Assembly (NCBI RefSeq): GCF_936981045.1
Contig: NZ_OW441264.1
Span: forward strand, 420,001 to 452,000
DNA length: 32,000 nucleotides
Reading direction: 5' to 3'
Source of the DNA: Candidatus Saccharimonadota bacterium
GTDB lineage: Bacteria; Bacteroidota; Bacteroidia; Cytophagales; Amoebophilaceae
Shown piece by piece: positions 26,201 to 32,000 of the stretch. Position numbers and translations under genes: made by a program. Each line of letters starts with the position of its first letter. The stretch's first letter is position 1. Below the pieces are notes generated by a model, which did not search any database, was not told where the DNA came from, and saw only the letters and a list, made by a program, of their open reading frames with translations.

Positions 26201-26875
26201 GTTACCCCTAAGGAGCAAGCAGATTCCATGATGGCATTAATGCATTTCCATGATTATGTTTGCCAATCCTCTCATGAAGATGATCCTATTGATATAAAAA
26301 CAATTTCTGGTTTGCTTTTATTGTTGCGGAAACATTTTGGCTTTAAACGGCATGCTTCGGGCCAGTTGTTTTATGTGCGGGCGGTAGGGATTGCTGAATT
26401 AGTGGTAGAATGGGTTTTTCACTCTCCTAAAGTAATTTATGCTACTTTGCTCTATGAGTTGGTACGTCATACCTGTTTACCGCTTTCTTATGTCAAGAAA
26501 CATTATAATTTAGGTGTTTATGCTTTTGTATTGAATGTGGTAAAAATAGATAAACGGAAAGAATTAGATCATCTTTCTTTATTGCATGTTCAGAACCGAT
26601 TGGAAGCAGCGATTAAAGAAGAGCATGTACAGCTTTCTGTGCTCTTTATCAAACTAGCCGAGCGGATTTATGACCTACGCCATGCATCAGGTTATCTTCA
26701 TCTAACAGAAGTGCACCATATGGCGCAAGAAACCCTGGCCATAGATGTGCAGATAGCCAACACATACTTAGGACCAGAAATAGGAGTAGCATTAGAAGAA
26801 GCAGCTAAACAGGCGCTAGAAATTTGTGAAGATGCCAGTAAAGCTAAAGATACAGAAAAGGATAAAGATAGTTAG
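23291..26875 (+). CDS. Multidomain membrane protein: SSF (sodium:solute symporter)-like domain, a second TM block, a possibly degenerate histidine-kinase-like region, and a degenerate RelA/SpoT-type HD domain
   Basis: This is an intact 1194-codon ORF. The N-terminal ~480 aa have a multi-TM SSF-like pattern (FREYAVGNKQF, LLAMAMSTADSCLNA). A hydrophobic block covers aa ~515-668. The C-terminal aa ~1003-1172 align by eye to the SpoT/RelA HD domain (ATLLYELVRHT vs AALLHDVIEDT; FIKLAERIYDLR vs LIKLADRxHNMR). Confidence 0.8.
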   Translation: MICLDVPLFMVSAFLVLTLVVGIYFSRKKTTFREYAVGNKQFATATLVATVLATWYEGGGLVRNVECIYDLGLWFIGVLLLVPFGMWTISKLSLRMGPFMQHLSIAETMGSIYGKYPKFITVLVGICRSIIVITSQIIIMSQAISMYVTLVNPYVIPVFSTLLLIFYATFGGIRAVTFTDILQFVTFSIIIPLLAWFMFLKVGKPVAAIVPMLQIHTKFQISNLFLCNTQLASIVLLLLADIPSNIVDPALMQRVYMASSPIQAQKVFSYATTFAIIIQVFIVLIGLFTFIGAPDLLKERIWDYIIAHIPPLFKGFLAISLLAMAMSTADSCLNASAVMVGHDIAKSLKKQEEIDDVAQLKIARWTTLTVGLLAMMVTFKCRDLLRLMYWSLNCKVPILAAPFILAVLGFRGTARTALVGMTTGVLTILAWNKWVEPSTSIDGSFIAMVANGLAMMAAHYFLKQPEDAGWVGPDYEFQQMQQAQARKRAEQKETIKNAWANRKTILAKLVPSHTTMIYVGFYTTITSLLAYSIVRITHHGFWLILQLFVAAYFLGYPLLYAISKKIRAIPSWFIGLCWLVWLAVYFPLNLVGHWWHLVDRIFTASLSLTHCAVILWLLPLYLGIGVVAVTALVAIYPIVGGLSSPILSSLFPLFIASLLVFSIIISLRANLGDYITQVLYLKNQEKIRDSQRIKAFLYDAAIAPATTVDKAKGYGSILAQVIRKIEESISFLDNDTPLYKQDFQSIINKLYEWVAYFNRSAKAKKHALLQPAKITFDKLIRKVEVALSQEVTDPPRLLVEKIKDPNGAPSSYIVCDINQVVYVLVQSVLWVGKLEGAHAPVVRIQLHPTALQFKQADPIDGSHPVYLLFQATALVVSQATTAAEVLPKVKALYDDEMDAMDPKGQQEGAPSIDLQRETISTIVGAHYGYLEVPSDQKRLTMLLVLPNDVTQILNKMTAGLPIDCLISKGPVTPKEQADSMMALMHFHDYVCQSSHEDDPIDIKTISGLLLLLRKHFGFKRHASGQLFYVRAVGIAELVVEWVFHSPKVIYATLLYELVRHTCLPLSYVKKHYNLGVYAFVLNVVKIDKRKELDHLSLLHVQNRLEAAIKEEHVQLSVLFIKLAERIYDLRHASGYLHLTEVHHMAQETLAIDVQIANTYLGPEIGVALEEAAKQALEICEDASKAKDTEKDKDS

Positions 26876-27174
26876 TTAGTTATATTTTATCTAGGCGATT
26901 GCTTAACTTTTATATCTGTTTAGCCATCCGGTAGCCCTTAAAACAAATGAAGCAACTAAGGAATTCCGACTAGGTTCTATAAGAGTTATGTATTTTGCAG
27001 CGTGTATTCTGCTTATACATTTGGCATTGCGCCTAAACGAATGAAATAAGCTATGAAAAAAACTACCCATAATACAGATTGAACCTTTCAACATATTTTT
27101 AGTGTCACACCCTCTGCCCATCACATACCCCTAAAGCTTCAATGCTTAAGTTAGCGCTATAATCTGAAGCGATC

Positions 27175-27537
27175 GTGTCCTTTTTAGAGATGATTGGTTA
27201 TATTGCAACTGATCAACTACTCAAATCAACCGTTATGATTCAAAAAGAACAAGTCATAGAGGCCATTAAACAAGTTTATGATCCAGAAATACCAGTAGAT
27301 ATCTATGAATTAGGGCTTATTTATGAAATAACTATTTTGCCACTCAATAATATTGAAATCTTAATGACACTTACTTCTCCTAATTGTCCAGCAGCAGATA
27401 TTATACCTAGCCAAGTGGAAGAAAAAATTAAAGCAATAGAGGGGGTACACCAAGTAAAGGTGCATGTTACTTTTGAGCCGCCTTATACAATAGAACGCAT
27501 GTCTGAAGCAGCTAAACTAGAATTGGGATTTGCTTAA
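27175..27537 (+). CDS. DUF59 / SufT-like Fe-S cluster assembly family protein
   Basis: Motifs seen are VIEAIKQVYDPEIPVDIYELGLIY and MTLTSPNCPAADIIPSQVE. The likely true start is the ATG at 27235 (MIQKEQV). Confidence 0.8.
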   Translation: MSFLEMIGYIATDQLLKSTVMIQKEQVIEAIKQVYDPEIPVDIYELGLIYEITILPLNNIEILMTLTSPNCPAADIIPSQVEEKIKAIEGVHQVKVHVTFEPPYTIERMSEAAKLELGFA

Positions 27538-30010
27538 TTTTGTCCTACTTGGGGAATCCTATTTTATCTTTACTTTTGTTTATTCAATGGCCCAAAATAA
27601 TTATAAAATTCAACCAGATGCGCCTAAAAAAAGCGCTTCATCGAAGCCGTTTATATTAGATCAACGTACTCAAATAACCATTGGATTTTTTCTACAGGGG
27701 GTTAGCATTTGTCTAGCCCTTGCCTTCTTCTCTCATTTGATTCATGGCATTAAAGATCAGCATATTATTGAGTCCTTTCGAAGACTAGGTGTAAAAGCAT
27801 CTAGTCTGGTCATTTCTAACTGGTTAGGTTTTACGGGAGCTTTTGTAAGCTATTATTGTATACATGTATGGTTGGGCATCACTGCATTTATCTTTTTGCC
27901 TTTTCTATTTTTGACTGGCATAAAAATGGTCACACAAAAGATTTGGCCTAATCTTTCCTTATTAAAAGTTATGATAGCTTCTATTTTTCTTGTATTATGG
28001 TCCAATATTTTATTGGGCTATCTATACACACTCTACCCAACCGCTATCCTACTGGCTGGCCACCTAGGAGGCGCCAGTTATGCCCTTGGCACCTTGTTTA
28101 AAGGGCTGTTAGGCTATGGTACTTTTATCTTGCTTTTTATCACCTTGATTATCTTTGTTGTAGTATGCTTTAATGTAACTTCGTTACCGAAGATGCATCT
28201 ATTTGTACACAAAAATACAAAAAAGGATGATACATGCTTTGTCCATCAGGACGATAATAGGGCTAGTGACCCACTTGACTCAGAAAGTGAGCCACCATCT
28301 AGTAAAAAAAAAACGAATAAAATAGAAATCGTAAGTGAACCTACAGATGCAGCCCATACAAGCGACCAAACCAGTGTAGAAATTACTCACAAAAGCAATG
28401 TAGACTTTGAAGTAGTTGCTCCCCAGCCACCCCCTAAAAACTTGTCCAAAGCGTCTCCCTCTGCTGCTCCCTTAACGATGCCCCATATGCGAAGCGAAAA
28501 CTACGATCCAACCTTAGATCTATCTAACTATAAATATCCCCCTTTAGATCTATTAGAACGGTATGAACAAGAACAACTATCTGTTACACAGGAAGAGTTG
28601 GCTATAAATAAAAACAATATTGTACAAACCTTACAAAACTTTAAGATCAATATAGCTAAAATAAAAGCTACTATTGGCCCTACTGTTACCCTTTATGAAA
28701 TTGTACCCGAAGCAGGGGTAAAGATTTCCAAGATAAAGAATCTTGAAGACGATATTGCACTAAACCTAGCTGCGTTAGGTATTCGTATCATTGCCCCCAT
28801 ACCAGGCAAAGGCACTATTGGTATTGAAGTACCCAATAAAAATAGAGAAGTCGTACCACTTCAGGAGATGCTTGCCTCTGAAAAGTTTTTAAAAGGGAAG
28901 ATGGATTTACCAATTGTATTGGGTAAAAGCATCTCGAACGAGCTGTTTATTGCAGATTTAGGCCGTATGCCGCATCTACTTATTGCAGGTGCTACCGGGC
29001 AAGGCAAATCTGTGGGGCTCAATGTATTACTGACCTCTTTGATTTATAAAAAGCATCCCTCCCAATTAAAACTGGTATTGGTAGATCCGAAAAAGGTAGA
29101 ACTTTCCTTATACAATAGATTAGAACGTCACTTTCTAGCCAAATTACCGATCAGTGAAGAACCCATTATTACAGAAACCAAAAAAGTAATCCATACGCTT
29201 AATTCTTTATGCATTGAAATGGACCACCGCTATGAACTATTAAAGGAAGCGGGTACACGCAATATTAAGGAATACAATGAAAAGTTTATAAAAAGAATAT
29301 TGAACCCTCAAGAAGGCCATCGGTTTTTACCCTATATTGTATTGGTTATAGATGAATTTGCTGATATGATGATGACAGCAGGAAAGGAAATAGAAGTACC
29401 CATTGCACGGCTGGCCCAATTGGCACGTGCCATTGGGATCCATCTTGTTCTGGCTACACAAAGACCCTCTGTAAATGTGATTACAGGTATTATCAAGGCC
29501 AACTTTCCGGCTAGGATTTCCTACAAAGTAAGTTCACGGATTGATTCTAGAACCATTTTAGATGCAAGTGGTGCAGAACAACTAGTAGGAAATGGTGATA
29601 TGTTGCTCTCTATGAACTCTGATATTATTCGATTACAAACTCCCTTTTTAGATACAGCAGAAGTAGAACGTGTTTGTAGCTATATTGGTGCACAACAAGG
29701 CTACCCATCTGCCTACATGCTACCTACTTATGATCAGGAAGACAAAGAGGATAACGTGGCAGTAGATTTACAAGCAGCAGATCCCTTATTTGAAGAAGCA
29801 GCAAGACTGATTATACTGCATCAACAAGGCAGTACTTCTTTGCTCCAGCGAAAGCTGAAACTAGGCTATAACCGCTCCGGAAGACTTATAGACCAATTGG
29901 AAGCTGCAGGCATTGTAGGCCCCTTTGAGGGGAGTAAAGCTAGAGAAGTTTTGGTACCAGATGAAGCTAGTTTAAATGAAATCTTAGACAGGTTGCCACA
30001 CAAAGACTAA
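27530..30010 (+). CDS. ftsK: DNA translocase FtsK/SpoIIIE
   Basis: The ORF has N-terminal TM segments, a low-complexity linker, Walker A (LIAGATGQGKSV), Walker B (VLVIDEFADMMM) and a C-terminal gamma winged-helix (STSLLQRKLKLGYNRSGRLIDQLEAAGIVGP). The likely start is the ATG at 27587. Confidence 0.92.
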   Translation: MLNFVLLGESYFIFTFVYSMAQNNYKIQPDAPKKSASSKPFILDQRTQITIGFFLQGVSICLALAFFSHLIHGIKDQHIIESFRRLGVKASSLVISNWLGFTGAFVSYYCIHVWLGITAFIFLPFLFLTGIKMVTQKIWPNLSLLKVMIASIFLVLWSNILLGYLYTLYPTAILLAGHLGGASYALGTLFKGLLGYGTFILLFITLIIFVVVCFNVTSLPKMHLFVHKNTKKDDTCFVHQDDNRASDPLDSESEPPSSKKKTNKIEIVSEPTDAAHTSDQTSVEITHKSNVDFEVVAPQPPPKNLSKASPSAAPLTMPHMRSENYDPTLDLSNYKYPPLDLLERYEQEQLSVTQEELAINKNNIVQTLQNFKINIAKIKATIGPTVTLYEIVPEAGVKISKIKNLEDDIALNLAALGIRIIAPIPGKGTIGIEVPNKNREVVPLQEMLASEKFLKGKMDLPIVLGKSISNELFIADLGRMPHLLIAGATGQGKSVGLNVLLTSLIYKKHPSQLKLVLVDPKKVELSLYNRLERHFLAKLPISEEPIITETKKVIHTLNSLCIEMDHRYELLKEAGTRNIKEYNEKFIKRILNPQEGHRFLPYIVLVIDEFADMMMTAGKEIEVPIARLAQLARAIGIHLVLATQRPSVNVITGIIKANFPARISYKVSSRIDSRTILDASGAEQLVGNGDMLLSMNSDIIRLQTPFLDTAEVERVCSYIGAQQGYPSAYMLPTYDQEDKEDNVAVDLQAADPLFEEAARLIILHQQGSTSLLQRKLKLGYNRSGRLIDQLEAAGIVGPFEGSKAREVLVPDEASLNEILDRLPHKD

Positions 30011-30088
30011 ACGCCAAGTGGCCCCTATGTTAGGGTCTTTGTAGAACCATGTTAAAGGCAAAAAACTTAATCTAAGGTTAGATTGGGA

Positions 30089-30763
30089 GGTTCTGTCGCG
30101 TTTATTCTAAAAAATCATTTTAGTATCTGTAGTTAAAAAAGTAGTTATTATGTTTAATATTTCGCCCAAATTATTACCTTATTTTAAGGGTTATTGTTCT
30201 TCAGCAGAAGTCATCCTGTTATTTGTCTAGATGAAGTGTCGTTTTTCCTTGAGCTATAGAGATTTGGAAGATATGATGCGTATGAGAGGCGCAAGAGTTG
30301 ATCGTTCTACGCTACAAAGATGGGTTATTAGTTTGTTCCTCTTAATAGATGAAGCAGTAAGCAAAAGAAAACGACCAGTTGGTGGTAGTTGGAGAATGGA
30401 TGAGACCTATATTAAACTAAACGGGAAGTGGATCTATTTATATAGAGCAGTAGATCGTTATGGTGATACAGTTGACTTTTTTCTATCTGAGCATAGAGAC
30501 AAGTCTGCAGCTTTTTCTTTTTTTCGTAAGGCGATCACAGAAAATAATATTCCTAAGAAAGTAGTAATTGACAAAAGCGGTAGTAATAAAGCTGCCCTTG
30601 ATACGATCAATACAGAACTTGATCAAGATCATACTATTCAAATATTTCAAAACAAATACTTGAATAATAGAGTTGAACAAGATCATAGGTTTATCAAAAA
30701 ACGGCTAAAACCTATGCTTAGTTTTAAGTGTTTTAAGTCTGCAGCCATTGCACGCCGGCACAG
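30089..30763 (+). mobile_element. IS6-family element (copy 3): left IR and about three quarters of the transposase gene, interrupted by a group II intron
   Basis: The IR GGTTCTGTCGCG starts at 30089. The upstream leader is identical to copy 2. IS6 homology stops at ...GCAGCCATTGCA (about 30749). Confidence 0.8.
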
Positions 30764-30785
30764 GTGTGCAACAAATGGGGTGTAA
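30231..30785 (+). pseudogene. IS6-family transposase, interrupted before the C-terminal GIE..KGQ region
   Basis: Motifs seen are RFSLSYRDLEDMMRMRGARVD, SWRMDETYIKLNGKWIYLYRAVDRYGDTVDFFLSEHRD and NNRVEQDHRFIKKRLKPMLSFK. The last ~10 codons of the ORF are intron or junction sequence. Confidence 0.8.
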
Positions 30786-31237
30786 GTCCCCTGACTCTAA
30801 TTTGTCTATTTCGGGAGTCTAGCAGGAGGTTGGATTTGTGGGGTGATTCACAGGTTTAAGTTACCTTTAAATGCATCTGCAAAATAGCGGGCTGCAACAA
30901 AAGTGAACCTAAATTAGCCTCGTTAAGCCGTTTAAGCGCATTTGCCGACTATCTAGTGGCTACAGGAAGGCTGATAGTAGGATGGAAAAAATAGACCATG
31001 ACCATCATACAAGTGCCGGGGTGTTAGGGGTTGCACGCTATGAATGTTTCACATCGTAGTCCGGGAGATCTGATATGAATCCAGTAGGCCACTGGAAACT
31101 TTATTGTATAAGTAAAGCGAAATCAATAAGGGTGATATCAGAAGTCCGCGGGGTCTATAATACCGTTCGTATTGATTGGGAAACCACTCAAGAGGAAAGG
31201 GACCCTACTTCAGTTAACGAGTTTAAAAGAGTTGAGA

Positions 31238-31992
31238 ATGTCTGATTGCCCTAAAGCTATGAACGGAACATTAAAAGTTCAGCAACTCCAAAGAACTCTA
31301 TATCTCAAATCCAAGCAATGTAAGGAAGTCAGATTTTATAGTATATGATAAAATTTATCTAAAAGATGTACTTTGGGAAGCTTGGCGTCAAGTCAAAGCA
31401 AATCAAGGCTCAGCAGGGATTGATGGTAAAAGCATAAGTGATATATTAACGTGAGTTCGGGATTTATTTTACTGATTTACAACAATTTAATATCAATTAT
31501 TTAGTTAATATTTGCACCTATTTAACAAGTTTTTATATCTAATTTTATAAATATAATATATATAATAAACTGATTATCAGAATTATTTGTTATTCAACTA
31601 CCTATTTAACTGTCTATAAAACAAATTTTATAAATTTTTATTAATATTGATTATCAAATGAAAAAATAATCTAATCCCGAACTCACGTTATAATAGATCA
31701 AGGTGAGGCAAAGATTATCAATAAATTGCAGCAGCAACTACGCGCAAAGCTATACAAATTTACCTCAAGCAGGTTGGTAAAAATACCCAAAGCTAAAGGT
31801 GGAACAAGGCCACTAGAGGTAATGACCGTAGAAGATCTCATAGTGCTCACAGCAATGAAAATAGTCATTGAACCGATCTTCGAAGCTGATTTTCATGAAT
31901 GTTCATACGGCTATAGACCGAAACGAGGAGCCAAACAAGCGAGTTTAGTGATCCGAGAAGATCTATACCAGCAGGCATGGGGCGTAGTTTAG
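31238..31992 (+). pseudogene. Group II intron reverse transcriptase/maturase, N-terminal part, frameshifted and split by MITE 6
   Basis: The pieces read KVQQLQRTLYLKSKQCKEVRFYSI, (frameshift) DKIYLKDVLWEAWRQVKANQGSAGIDGKSISDI, (MITE) LVKIPKAKGGTRPLEVMTVEDLIVLTAMKIVIEPIFEADFHECSYGYRPKRGAKQA. An in-frame TAG lies at 31990-31992. Confidence 0.8.
31449..31688 (+). mobile_element. MITE copy 6 (240 bp)
   Basis: It has the same termini and interior as the other copies and is inserted in the RT gene. Its flanks are TATTA / TATAA, an imperfect duplication. Confidence 0.85.
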
Positions 31993-32000
31993 ATTGATTT

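Larger units (their letters stand above)
30764..32000 (+). mobile_element. Group II intron, 5' portion (ribozyme domains I-III and start of the intron-encoded RT), decayed; continues past the window end
   Basis: It starts GTGTGCAACAAATGGGGTGTAAGTC, resembling the GUGYG...GGGUGU.AAGUC 5' end of bacterial group II introns. About 470 nt of structured, relatively GC-rich non-coding sequence precede an RT ORF. Confidence 0.7.

Noticed and set aside
26903-27124. 73-aa minus-strand ORF in the spacer between the fusion gene and the DUF59 gene
   Set aside because: It has no recognisable motif, a Cys/Arg/Ser-rich odd composition and no supporting context. It is probably non-coding spacer, though I cannot exclude a small protein.
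30741-30775. TTGCAC...GTGCAA pairing across the IS6/intron junction as a terminator-type homing site (class C intron style)
   Set aside because: It is only a 6-bp complementarity spanning the presumed exon-intron boundary, with no T-run. That is insufficient to call a terminator motif.
1519-31688. The repeated ~240-bp AT-rich units as a CRISPR array or tandem or satellite repeat
   Set aside because: The copies are dispersed kilobases apart and occur in both orientations. They have terminal inverted repeats and TTATA target duplications, with no regular repeat-spacer periodicity. They are transposable MITEs.
31238-31992. The reverse transcriptase as a retron, DRT or Abi-type defence RT
   Set aside because: It is preceded by a GUGYG-type structured leader. 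It has the group II intron RT N-terminus (RFYS..DKIY..AW..VKAN.G.AGIDG, PK..GG.RPL, SYGYRP.R). It is broken by a frameshift, a MITE and a stop. It is a decayed intron maturase.

Overview
The window is an AT-rich bacterial chromosome segment. Short islands of Bacteroidota-like housekeeping genes are separated by a very high density of decayed mobile DNA. The housekeeping genes are ddl plus a PASTA-domain gene, ftsH, sodA, tadA, murB, a DUF59/SufT-like gene and ftsK. Two large accessory genes are also present. One encodes a 995-aa HEXXH protein. The other encodes a 1194-aa protein that joins a sodium:solute-symporter-like membrane domain to a degenerate RelA/SpoT-type HD domain, and a decayed tandem paralog sits just upstream of it. 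The mobile DNA I can delimit from the sequence is as follows. There are four full-length 1002-bp IS982-family copies plus one partial copy, and every full copy carries the same in-frame TAG. There are six ~240-bp MITEs whose termini match the IS982 inverted repeats. There is one IS481-family element with perfect 22-bp IRs and a 6-bp target duplication. There is one IS1634-like element plus a second 5' fragment, and the 3' half of an IS256-family element plus a solo IR. There are four IS6-family fragments. The window ends in the 5' part of a group II intron, whose reverse-transcriptase gene is itself broken by a MITE. Elements are nested inside each other, and many junctions lack target-site duplications, which points to IS/MITE-mediated rearrangement. 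This picture resembles an IS-overrun obligate intracellular Bacteroidota symbiont such as Candidatus Amoebophilus asiaticus, but that attribution is a guess from memory and not a search result. I saw no rRNA gene, tRNA gene or CRISPR array. All domain calls come from by-eye motif recognition and need HMM or BLAST confirmation.
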